A stretch of DNA of 64,000 bases from positions 1 to 64,000 of the forward strand of contig JYFJ02000602.1 in NCBI GenBank assembly GCA_000934665.2. Direction: 5' to 3'. Below, in pieces: positions 1 to 12,200 of the stretch. The notes below the pieces were generated by a model. That model saw only the letters and a program-made list of their open reading frames with translations, searched no databases and had not been told where the DNA came from. The stretch's first letter is position 1; every line of letters begins with the position of its first letter. This stretch comes from Catajapyx aquilonaris. Taxonomy: Eukaryota. The position numbers were made by a program, and so were the translations under genes.

Positions 1-153
1 ACGTCAACATTTTCTAGGGAAACAGTGACGTCACCATTTCCCTACATAAAAACCCCAATTACTCCGGAACGGGAACTGATATCTTAAAACGGAATATTCC
101 AAAAAAATCCAAAAAATATGGGCGAATTTATTATGTAGTTTCCAAAATGAAGG

Positions 154-2966
154 CTAGTTCCCCATTATGTAGGCGCAGCTGGCCATGCCGACCGCTACCT
201 CCTTCAACATACGAAAGGGGCTGCAGAACGTGCTGTGCTGATCGGTCATCGATGCTGCACCCTGTAAAGTTAAGACACTCACATTAGATCTCGTACTGAC
301 GCTCCTAAAATACAATGAGTAAGGTAAAAATTACGAAGCTGAGAGTATCGGTTTGGTCCCACAACTTTCCATCCCTCCCCATGCTACATGTCTTACAAGA
401 GTTACAACCATAGTGCTTTAGTGCATGCAAGATGTACTACTGTTAGTGCCCTGGATCAGGCCAGTGAGTAAGGAACGTACTGCTTCTACGAACTCTTACT
501 GACTGTCAACAATACTTGCCAGTTGACAACCACAGTCATGCCAACTGGACAACTATACAAAGGTTAGGCTACCGTGTATACTGACCGTAGTCTCTTCAGC
601 CGCAGCATCCAGCTGGACTACAACCGACTCCGCCGCGTCCTCCAACGGAACAACTGTGCCCGGTTGCCATGGCGCATCTCCAGACACTGATCGCTGCCTT
701 GCTCCGTACAATTCCGTGATGTATGGTCGACGACTATATGAAAATAAGATTTGAAAAAATAGAGAAGTACCAGTAGAGCACGCTGGGGGTATTCCTACCA
801 CCATCACATTTGGGATCACTATTGCAAGTTGCAAGTGATCCCAAATGTGATTGAGATTGACGAAGCTTCCTATAGCTTAACGTCAGTGCCGATCACGGTG
901 CTTGCCTTTTGGGCGCCCAAGATAGAAGAGGTTGTATCATCAGATATCTCGGTTTATATTCTACATCCTCTGCAGCGGATTGGTTGATTTAAATGTGAAC
1001 TGATAAGAAGTGTATGCCCCGTGGTATATGCCCTATTGGAATTATTCTAAAAATTGGGTAGTCAGTTGGGTCGTTCCATGATTCATCTAGCCACCTGACA
1101 CTTGGGTTGTCAAATCATGACGGAAAACGGGGGCTCGGCTGCGGCTGGCATCGGATTTGTCATTTCCTTTAAATTCCACCAAGATTCCACTTACTTTCCG
1201 CACTGCCTTGAATGTGCCAAGTTTTGTGATCAAAAATTATCCGACTTTTACCAAGAGTAAATAATATGAAATAAATAAAAATTATAATTAATGAAATAAT
1301 TTTTTTTTGTCATGCCACTTCCTGTCCGCAAATAAAAATTTATACATTAGGTAAATAAAAGGTGTAAATTTATTATTTTATAATATATATTTATAATGGC
1401 TCCTCCCTATTTTTTGCATCCCGGCTGCGGCTGACACGTCGGGTTATTTTGTCATTCCACTTCCTTCCCGCAGTGTCTCTTGATCTTGAATGTGTTTTAT
1501 AGTTGCCACCAGCACTGACCTCAAACATGGACTCATCACTAAAAACGACCTCCATTTCATATTATAACTCATTCGCTACCTGCCAATGCAATGGTTGAAT
1601 ACGGTACCAAATAGTTCAAGTTTCCGACCACAGATGGCGCTAAAAGCATCCACCAATTAACCCAATTAATTCGAATTAAACAATCACCAGTGAAAGTCAA
1701 CACGCCAATATTTTCTATCCAAACACTTCAGACATACTGGCAGATCACATCGCAATTCGCAAAAAAACCTTAAAATGAGTCTGCAAATCATGCGGTTCTT
1801 GCAAAACCATGCTTCCCATCCTGCCCATGTTCTGGCTACGACTTGTCAACTACGAGATGTTGTCTGAACTGGCATGCTTTTTTTGCTTCGGCTATTTCGC
1901 ATATCTCTTAACAGATTTCTCCAGAAAGGGGTGGTAAGGTACCACCCTGCCCAAACAAATCCAAAGACAATACATTTTTTGGCCTCCACCCGGCCCGGTT
2001 CGTGGCTCGGTGGACCAGAATGTGTCCGTATACGAGGTACGACCCGTACCCCATTAATATATTATGTATAACTAATAAAATGCAATTTTGTCCAATTTCC
2101 TGCCACCAGCTGGGCATGTGACTTCCAACGGTGTTTCCTTGTTCTCCTTGCAGTGCAGCACACCACAGCGGCAGGTGCATATACCTGCTGCTCAGTGGCG
2201 CACGTGTGGAGCATGTGTGGCTTGCACATGCGCTCCAATCCAATGGGCCGGAGGAAGCCCGCGATAAATATTGCAAGACAAGCCGCGGAATCGACTAGTC
2301 CAGGTAGGTAGGCAGGCAAGGCCCATAAGGGAAGGAGGGTGCGGTGTTCGCCCCCCCCACCATTGATCCGGCCGAAAAAAGACATGCAACACTGACACTG
2401 CAACAACGACCAACAACAACGACAACCAACCTGGAGCCCATAGTGGGACTAGTGTTGTGGGGAGACAACAAGTGGACTCTTAGACTCATCAGAGGGTGAG
2501 TGTGTGTCCTTATGTGTGTGTGTGTTTATGTCCCATCCACCACATGCGTGAGGATAGATATTGAACCTGCTACCCCCCACCCACTATGCCCCCCCACACC
2601 CACACTGTGCCCACCCACACCGTCCATTGCCGTTCAACTCCGGCTAGTGTACCACTCTTCATCATGGCTCACTCGGTTTGCTAAAAAGTTGGGGGGGACA
2701 AGTGCGGCTTTTGACCCCAAGTGTGTTGCGCAGATGAAGTACAGTTCTGGACAGGTACAGTATGCAAATTAGCACATTCTGCAATTTTACAAAAGTAAAC
2801 AAAAATGTTGGTGACATCTGAGTGGACAAAAAATTATTTGAATTTATTGGTTAAAAATAGCATATTCGGAAATGGATCTGTCGAGCCCGCAACAACTATA
2901 TGTATATATAATAAATAGTCATGGACTCGCATGCCTTACATAAGAATCCAGGTTTAGACTCACCAT
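154..2966 (-). CDS. Tentative orphan gene (~122 aa); exons 2964-2966 (ATG only), 2185-2294, 586-733, 154-261
   Basis: Minus-strand GT-AG sites (ATG|gtgagt, CAG|gtatat, ACG|gtcagt; pyrimidine-rich acceptors at 734 and 262) join in compatible phases. The model ends at TAG 154-156 with AATAAA about 20 nt downstream. No recognised homology; the last two exons are better supported than the first two. Confidence 0.3.
803..851. repeat. Perfect 18-bp inverted repeat (hairpin)
   Basis: ATCACATTTGGGATCACT (803-820) is the exact reverse complement of 834-851; the inner spacer contains TGCAA-G-TTGCA. Confidence 0.85.
1136..1493. repeat. Degenerate direct repeat, 2 copies about 285 bp apart
   Basis: CGGCTGCGGCTG...TTTGTCATT...ATTCCACTT...CCGCA...CTTGAATGTG occurs at ~1136-1217 and ~1421-1493. 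Confidence 0.6.
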
Positions 2967-3846
2967 GTTATAGGCCACCACATTTTGGATTATATCCACT
3001 CCACTTATATCGGATTATCTGCAATAGACTCAGCACTCGCGGTCACTGAAATAGGAAGTGCAATTTGCATGCCCTCCATCTATTATGCACCATAGCAATC
3101 TTGATATCGAACTTTTCCAAACGAATGAGTGCAATTAGGATTTTTTTTCTTATTCTTATGTCCTCGTTTTCCTCTGCACTACAAGACGGGTCACGTCACA
3201 CAAAGTAATCTACCCCCCCAACACTTGCGTGAGCGACCCTAAAACTCTCCTGGGCAAAAATGTTATCACCATCCCATACTTAATGCAGCTAAATTATGAA
3301 TAGATACAAGCCTCAATGTCAGACTCACTGATATCCACACTTCCGCACTATGAATTAGATAGTCTTAATCATGAATATGACCTAATGAAGGGCTGAGAGT
3401 GGGAATTACTTAGCTAGTCTCATTGAGAGAAAGACAATAATAGGACAATATACTTGTACATTTTAGCTTTTTTTATATACATATGCATATGTATATGCAT
3501 ATCGCATATGTATATCAGTATACGTGCTAGTGAACCCTTTCCCAAAATTTGGCAACACTATCTTTCTTCTAAATACTGTTTCTCTTCATCTGATGTTTGT
3601 CCGGCCTGATAGTACCGCTCTGGAGGCCGATTTACCACGTAGTACTATTCTTCACGCGCAGATGGCGCACACTCCTGCCACTCAAGCCCTGCGGGTGATG
3701 GAGGTACTAACAGGTCGGACAAACATCCGACGGAGAGAATAAGCGGATCAGTATATTATGTGTGTACGACATACCGGTATGTAGTATATTATATGCAACA
3801 TGTTAACCACAAAGAAACCAAATTTTCACATAATACTAGATATAAT

Positions 3847-4135
3847 AATTAATAATAATTCATACCCCGTTATCAGCCGGCGGCTCTTTAGGGGGGATAT
3901 TTTTTGTTTTGACTGGAACTCTTCGTTTCGTTTTTACTGCGCTTTTTGGGATAGGATAGGAAAGGAAGGAGGCGGCTGTGGCCTATTAGTTTAGGAAACA
4001 ACTGCGGAATTCTCCTGGAGGAACCGTGGGAAACCACAGAAAACCACAGTTAGAGTTGCCGGCACCGGGATTCGAACCCAGGACCTCCCGATTAGCAGTC
4101 GGATACCATATCCCCTCCGCCACCACTGCTTCGGT
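3847..4135 (-). mobile_element. tRNA-derived SINE with target-site duplication
   Basis: The minus-strand head has an A-box (TGGCGGAGGGG), an anticodon-like stem CCGA-CTGCTAA-TCGG and a B-box GGTTCGAATCC. A GTGGTTTCCC...CCAGG...TAGGCCACAGCCGCCTCCTTCC body resembling arthropod SINE cores follows, then an ATT-rich tail. Flanked by ACAT(A/G)ATACTAGATATAAT at 3828-3846 and 4136-4154. Confidence 0.85.
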
Positions 4136-5699
4136 ACATGATACTAGATATAATTAAATATCTTGGTGACTAATATAATAGTCGACTATTTACGTGTAAA
4201 TCGTACATTTTTTATATTTTTGAATTAGAGGCATGAAAGGGAAATTGACATGTAAAGGAATGAAATGGGACGCTTATGTCGGATTGGAATAGAGCATTAT
4301 GTAGCCTACATATTGACGTCAGAGGATTGTACCAAGTTTGGCATGTCCATGGTCAGGGTGAGGGCACTTGGGTTTGGCGTTCGAGTGAAATGAAATTGGC
4401 TATTTTTGCGTGCAATACAGGTCTTATGTGATACGCGCGGATATTACAAATAGAACCGCGATGGATAGTAATCCAGCCCGGATATGATGGTGGTTGGTCA
4501 CGTCAAAATTGGATTTTTGCCACCCTTTTGGAGCACTAAACCTAAGAGGTCAAGGTTCAAACCCTGGCGACCTAATGAATGATTCTGCAGGGAATTAGTC
4601 GCACATGTAAAGGCTATCTGCAGGATCTTTCTGAACATGTTAAGTGCCCTGCAGTCTCAACCTAAGCAATCGATATAGGCATAGGAGGGGGCAAGGTGGG
4701 GGGGGGGGCACCTTCGGGACGGAAAATTGGGTTTTCATTTTTTTTTAAAGGGGGGCAATATGCGGTACCTGTTGTAAGAAAACGGGGTCAGTGTCGTTCG
4801 TTGTGGGCGGAATTATGCGGCAGGATGGTTTTGGAAAATTGGGGATTTTTTGGAAATTTCTTTTGATGTTAAGAAATTAATGATTGCGGTCTTGTTCGCG
4901 GTGGGGTGTATAGTTTGATTAATTTACGCTGGGATAGAATCGATATGTTTTCACTCTGAGGACTTCTACGCAATTTGGTGCATAATGCAGCTGGACATGG
5001 CTGATAGACTGGTTACATTAGATAAACAGTTTAAGGAGGTGGCTAGGGTAATATTACTAGGAAGTTTGAGGATATATTGGGGTGAATGTTTGGTTATGGA
5101 TTGATAATAGGGACTGTTTTATATATTCAAAATTAAGAGAATACTGGTGCATAATTTGAAATTTTTGCCTTAGAGTACAGTACATGGCAAAGAGTAAAGT
5201 AAAAGTATATAAACAGACTGTGATAATTTCCAATGATGTACTGTACATAATGTAGAAGTACTCACAAAACGCCTCTTAATACTAGGCTACTGTATATCAT
5301 TATGTTGACACAGCGGCTTAATGTGGCTCAAATATAATAAAAGTGTAAATGGGCTGCAACATTGTGATTTCAATGCTATTGCCTCGGTTTATCATCAAAT
5401 TTTAAATGAATCTATGACTTCACGGTGTATTACAGTGCTTCTTGCGCACGAAAATTGCCTGCATTCAGCAGTGTAGCCACTTGACCTTTTGCTCTTTTTT
5501 TCTTTTCTTTTTTTTTTTTTGCAAAGACCGTAATCGGTGCCAGTTGGGAGGGGCTTAGGATAAAGACTGTCAGTAATGGAGGGTTGTACATCCTTCAAGT
5601 AAAAGGTGCTAATTTATTACGATCGGCTCTTTAAAAAAAATTTGATCATGGCGATTAGTGGGATGTGGAGAATGCCACATTGAATCACCCCTGGTATGA

Positions 5700-5778
5700 T
5701 ATAAAAGCCAGACGGATTTATTTCCTCCGGGTCAGTGACTTGTCGACACGTGATTTGCTAGTTCAGCAACCAGCTAAG
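5700..5778 (+). promoter_or_regulatory. Putative TATA + Inr core promoter and non-coding first exon, possibly of PTPDC1
   Basis: TATAAAAG at 5700, arthropod initiator TCAGT at 5732, donor AAG|gtagga at 5778/9. The PTPDC1 ATG exon begins with an acceptor at 9285. Confidence 0.45.
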
Positions 5779-8700
5779 GTAGGACAAGCTATTGTGAGAC
5801 CAAAATACACTATAGTGTGAATCATATGGACATGGAAATGCTGCCATTCATCCTGCAGTGTATGCAACAGCAGCCTTGTCATACTGGATGCGTAATCAGC
5901 AGGGGTTAATTGAAGGTCACAAAAATGGACACAACAGTGTTCTGTTCATGTGCAATGTCTTATTACAATTATTGCCAACAATGTACTGTACTTAACGATT
6001 AAAGGCTTGTGACGTCAGTACTAATTTAAGGCTGAATACATAATTTAGGTTTTGCATGGTTGTAAGGGTCAATAGGTGATCATCTGAACATTATGTTTGG
6101 GCAATTTTTATTAATATAGCTTTTAAAAATATAGGACGTTAATTGTTTAAAGCCCTATCGACATCATATACAAGTTATTTTAAGATATCAGATAATACCG
6201 GTATTAATGACCTATGGGGAGTCATATCATTAGGGAAAGATCATTTCCTGTCATCGGAAATAATAGGGTGACCTATAGAGAAGTGGGTCCGATTTCCCGA
6301 TTTCCCGTCCTCCTGATAGCCTCCTATTAGTGAACGTTTTCAATTAGGTGTGTGGGTTTTGCTAATTGAAATGACTAATGTTACAAGAGCTTAAATAGAT
6401 TTGGAGCGCTTAATCGTCCTGTATAATACTGTTCACTTATTATATTCGTGTGTCATATCTATAAAGTCCAGCTTATTCCTTACTTTTATTTGAAACGTGC
6501 TGGAATTTATAGAACGGTGGTTTGGACTAATTTACTGCCACACTTACGTTTCATTATACCCGACAGCAGACATGCAAATAGGCCTTTAGTAACATGACTG
6601 TGATTTACACCTCTCCAGTTCACGGCCAACCATTTGCATGAAATTGTGAAACCTCCAGTATTATTTTATCAGGTTTCTTGTGATTTTACAGAATATTTTA
6701 CAACTACACGTGTTAGGTGCTCTACGTTACTAACTTGCATGAAGGGACATAATTCGTGGAATTCACTTACAATATTAATAGTATTGCTTTTTAATTTTTG
6801 TGTTCGTATATTTAACAATATTTTGTAATGGGAAGATTTGGGATTCATGTGCATATAACAAAGGTACTTGACCCAGCACGACTATGCCATGAAGGTAAAT
6901 CTGCGTGCTGTGGTAGGCGTGCTTTCAATTTAATGTAAGGACAGTCCGAGCCAAAGCAATGTTGCGAAACGCACAACAATAAAATTGCCCTTGATGGCAC
7001 GTGTAATTGGGTGCAATTGACCCTGCCCTTTTCCACCATCAAGGTTAGTCAGGTCAAGGTGCATTCCGGATATGGCTGATGACAGATGTGAGATTGGACT
7101 GCGGACCAAGTGAGATGAGACACGCCACACTTTATATGGCTAGAGGGGGATAAAACCACATGCAAACCGGACTTTGAATTTTAAAAATAAAATTGCGCCA
7201 AATTCCGTGACATTGCCTGTATAGCCCTTGAGCAAAAAGTGGGCGTTTCAAATTGGTCGTTTTACATTTAAAAAATGACTATGACGTGTTCAGGGTCGGT
7301 TTTTACCAGGTTTTTACTGTTAGTTACTTTTCCCCCAAAAATTGATAGGAGCCTGGAATATCAATTCATTCGCATTTTGGTTATAAGCTGGGCCATATAC
7401 GATTGGGTCGAGTGATATGGATTTTATCGATTGTCTCAACTTGTTGAAAAGATCGTTCTTATGCCACAATCGAGGCTTCTTAGGGTACAGTACAAGTCCA
7501 TGCAAACACGGGAATCACCAGTTCAGAGAAGTTCAAGTAATATTAGCATAATAATATTTTTAGCATCTATCGCGCCATAAGAACCGAATTAGTTATTACT
7601 TGTTCAACAGTCTTCTGGCGCATTTTTTTTAAATGGCTAAATTTAATTTTTGTGTTAAGGTTAGATCAAGGCGGAGACTCTTTAAAGGTGAAAGAGTTTC
7701 ACATAGTAATTTTCTGGCTTCAATGTCAAAACACGTGGTAATTACATCGTCAAAATGCTCCAGTTACGAAACGGTTCTCATTAGAGCTCTATAGGATTAT
7801 TTTTTTCAGTCCGGTTTTTCTAGAAGGGTGGCGTGTTTGTGGTGCGATTTTCATCCATCAGGTAATCCTATTTTGGTATACCAACCACAAATTTTCTGTG
7901 ATTAATCGTCGGAATTCAGTCAAGAGTTGGAAAGGAAAGAGGTGGGGGTATAGAAAAATCTTGCCTGTAGATCAAGATAGTGATTGCATAGTGAGGGAGT
8001 TTGCTATTATAAGAGGGAGGGGTTACCTTTGAAATGACCGGATATTGCATGCGAAAATTTTCTGAAGGGCAATGTTCTGTGATAGTCTGCGTATTTTCCC
8101 CATGATGATTGTGGTGACACACGAATTAAATGTTGGTTCATATTAATCAATTGGTGGATAATGAAAATATTGCAAACGCTACAAAAGCACGCTACGGTAT
8201 TTAAAGTGAGACAATGAGCCGATTGTGACAATGACCGGAGTTTTTAAATGAGTCAGCCTCTATATGAATATTTTTTTGACATGGTAATAGTGAATAAAAT
8301 AATATGACTTCAAAGTCTACAAGAAGTGAGCTCTTCACATAGCTTTTTTTTTGTGGCCTTTGCGTGTAGTATTTACGGCCTATACGACAAATATCGATTT
8401 CTATAGAACTCGGAAAATGCGCAAAGGGTTCAAGTAAACCGATGTAACCTTCATAGATTGACATTAAATTTTAATGCGAGCTATAAAAGCCCATCAAGAC
8501 ATTGGAACGTTGAAAATAACACATATTTTGTTCTGGATATGCTAGGATGGACCTGGGCAAAATAATTCAATAATGAAGTGACCAAGAAGCCGTTAACTTT
8601 TGCATATATGGAACATACTTATTATTGGATCGTACAAATTTCTAATATTTAATGTTGCGTGCTTAGCTTCTACCATTTTGCTATCAATTTTATTTTGTAC

Positions 8701-9013
8701 TAACATCGCCAATTGAACCAATATCAACAATAGCACAACACGTGCAGTCAAATCAATTCGATTCTTTACTCAGCATGTTAAACTGCATGTATTTGATGAC
8801 TTTTAGGATCCCAAAATGGCACTGCCAGGAGCTTTATTTGGATGGAACTGTAGAGATGGTAGCGCCTGGTTCTATGTCACGAAGGAATCCGATTTAAACT
8901 GCAAATTGTCCAACCCACACGTTTTAGGCAGACGAAAAAAAAAGTGCCGCAATTTATTCATAAAATGCATCCCGTGACCTCCACCCCGATCAAAAATGAA
9001 TCTCCCAATTACT

Positions 9014-9026
9014 GTTGCCTGGAAAC
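9014..9026 (+). promoter_or_regulatory. RFX X-box-like motif upstream of PTPDC1 ATG
   Basis: GTTGCCTGGAAAC, close to the GTNRCC-N0-3-RGYAAC consensus, about 270 bp before the start codon. Confidence 0.45.
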
Positions 9027-9291
9027 GAAATTTCTCTCATATATCCCGGATCTCGGACGTCCCACTAAATTCATTCGACAAATTTTTGACCTGACCAAAT
9101 TTTAAGAGTGACCAACATGATGATTTTCGATTTATTGAAATTTCGTAAAATAATGGACCACAAGCTAAATTTCACGGTATGGTATTTACCAATCAGATTC
9201 CTCATCGTTGTATATAGGCTACTGATAAATGTGTTGTTAATGATGGTGGATGATGATGATGAATTTTTGTCATTTCCACATCCAGGTCGCC

Positions 9292-12200
9292 ATGTCAGGC
9301 CAAGCCATGGATTTGGACTCCTTGGTTCCAGCTGGGCTTCAACCGGCCAACCGGCCTAACGACCCAGGTCATGTGCCTTCCAACTACAATAAACTCTCCG
9401 AGAACCTTCGTCGGGTCACACCGGCGGAATTCCAGTGTTCCGTCTTCTGTGGTGGTCGACGATGCAAGTATGAGAACCCATCTAGCTGGAAACCTGAGGA
9501 GATGGCCCTCGATGGCCTCTACTCGCATTGGTCAGTATATGTCAGGTGTACCGCACGTATAACACAAGACGGATTATTTAGGTTGGAGATGTAGGAGGCG
9601 GACCACAGATGGCAGGCAAGTGACGGGTGGCGGTCCAGGGGGGAGAGAATGGAGGTGTAGGAGGCAAACCACAGATGGCAGGCAAATGACGGTCGGCAGA
9701 TCACAAACGGCTTTATTTATATAGATTAGTGTTAGTATTCCTACCCCAGCCTTATGGAGCTTAGTTGCTGTCCGCCACCAACAGTTCGCGGTAACTGTTA
9801 CATGATTGAAACTTGTCCTAATCGTGTGTAACCCGGATATCAGTTCTAGGGATAGTTCGAATCCAATAGTTAGCAAGCATTGACACGTAGGCGGCTTGCT
9901 TATAAAGGCAACGGATCGATGTGGGTGTAAAAGCTTGGGTGGTCGTTGGGGGTGTATATAGTGATGGGCCATGAGGGGGTTTTTGAAGGGGGTTGGTGTC
10001 CGCACGGAAACCCAAACAGGGGATGGTTCCAGGAAGAGATGGTTTTTGTGAACGAGACTATGTATATGCACGCACGAGGGGTGAGTGTGCTTTATTTTTT
10101 CTTCTATTAAACAGGGTGACGGATGAGATTCTGGCAATGGCAAGGCCCACCACAGAGCTGATGAAGAACAAGAATCTTCTGGAGCAGTTTTACAATCTGG
10201 GGATCAAATCTATCATCAATTTGCAAAGGCCTGGGGAGCATGCCAGTTGTGGAGGACCTTTGGAAGACTCGGGGTTCTCCTACGATCCGGACGTTTTTAT
10301 GCAGAATGAAAGTTAGTACCGGTTTTACTTACCCTTTTTTTTGATATCCATACAGTACATCTAAGCAACAGGCAATTGGCGATTCATGATTACTGGCCAA
10401 TTTCAGGCAGTCCATATGCTTGCTAAGCCATCTGGTGGTTTACTTATAATGGGCACTATGCTCATATGGTGTAATTTTCCCGATACACAAAATGAGCAGC
10501 AATACTATAATTATGACCGAAGTACTTTCTGTTATCTTCCATACGTCACTTCTCATTCACCGTTGTTTTGACACTTGTGGAGCTTACCGGCAGTACACTT
10601 TATCTGATAGTCAATATCGCATACAGGGTGTTCAGTTGAATGTTTCAGTTAGCCATTATTGGCACTCAGCTACTTTGTATCCGGATAGTTACCACAAGTT
10701 TTTCTGTATTGCTTAGTTTACTTCTACAACTTCGCATGGAAAGACTATGGCGAGGCGACATTGACGAGTCTACTGGACATGGTGAAGGTGATGGCCTTTG
10801 CCCTGACAGAAGGCAAGGTGGCTATCCACTGTCACGCAGGTAGGAGGAGGAAAAAGGAATCGACATATTTTTTCCGGGGGCTTCAGGGCTGCCACCCCAT
10901 GCAAGTTAAGGACAATACTTTCATGTGTCTTGTAGGTCTGGGTCGCACAGGTGTGCTGATTGCCTGCTACCTGGTGTTCACCCTGAGGGTGAGGGCCAAC
11001 GACGCCATTCGATTCGTTAGGATGAAGAGGCCCAACGCGGTGCAGACCAGAGGACAGATCCTGTGCGTGCAAGAGTTTGAGCAGTTTGTCCTTCCTCAGA
11101 GCATAGTCTTCTGCAACAAGTGGGTTTCTTGGATTTCTCGAGTGTAGCACCCCCAGTACAGCGTGTTCTATCGAAATGTTCGCATTGACCTTTTGACCCT
11201 CATTAAGCAGTTATGGAACAGGCACCTATCAGTGACACCTGAGGTCAAAGTAGACCTTGCTGTAGAAGCACGCTTTTAAAATGGTACACTGTAGTGTACA
11301 ATAAAATTACTGTACGATGAGCTTTTTAGTAGACAATAAAACTGTGCACGTGTACGATACTTCAGGTGGACATGGCGAATGTCATAATTGAATAGGGCTT
11401 CGGTTGTCATCCTTTATTGATGTCCGGTTTTTCCATTCGACCTGCCCGAAACATGTTTATGCCGGATATAAATCTGACACTTAATGCCAAAAGGTCCATA
11501 ACTATGTTTTTAGTGATGTGCCACAGTCACGGAACATTAATCGATGGGCCACTCCCGTACTGGTATATCCGGGATCCCACCCAACTTTGGACACTGATTA
11601 TTTACTAGTGTTTTGTCACACACTATAGGGTGGATCCGCAATGTTACATAACAGAAAAGGTCACACATTCGCACTATTTTTATATACGCTCCTGATGAGT
11701 ACTTGGCACGTATTATTACACGGTGTAATCATTGCATTTGATATAACATTAAAATCATTTGTTGTATGACCGCTGATTGGCCCGCCGAATATTGTTTGTA
11801 ATTGTCCCCCGTTATGCGCCTGCGCAATGGGGCAAACCAGCGCCTCTGGTGGGCAGGAGGAGGAACTTATTATTGTTTATTTATATTATTGTCAATGATT
11901 GATGCATATGAGTAATAATGCGCATACCAAGTGCCTTATCGCTACAACTGCCCACACGTTTGCCTCACCCGAATTGTATCATTATTCACGTGTGTGTGTA
12001 TAGCGCCTGGCATGTATTATCTGGTGCAGCCTACATATATCCGTGCCCTTTTGCTAGCTTGTTGGGGGTTCTCACGCGATGTCGTTCCTTTCCAGAGACT
12101 TTATCAAGAATAAGAAACTGCAGGAGTTCACCCTTTCGCAGTACCTCAACAGGCAGAAGGTCATGCTGCATGGTTACGAAGCTCGAGTATTCAGGCACAT

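Noticed and set aside
4060..4135. tRNA-Ser(GCT) gene
   Set aside because: No paired acceptor stem or long variable arm; it continues into a SINE body with tail and TSD.
9574..10143. 189-aa minus-strand ORF with repeated peptide
   Set aside because: Explained by the intronic 66-bp duplication; no splice or homology support.
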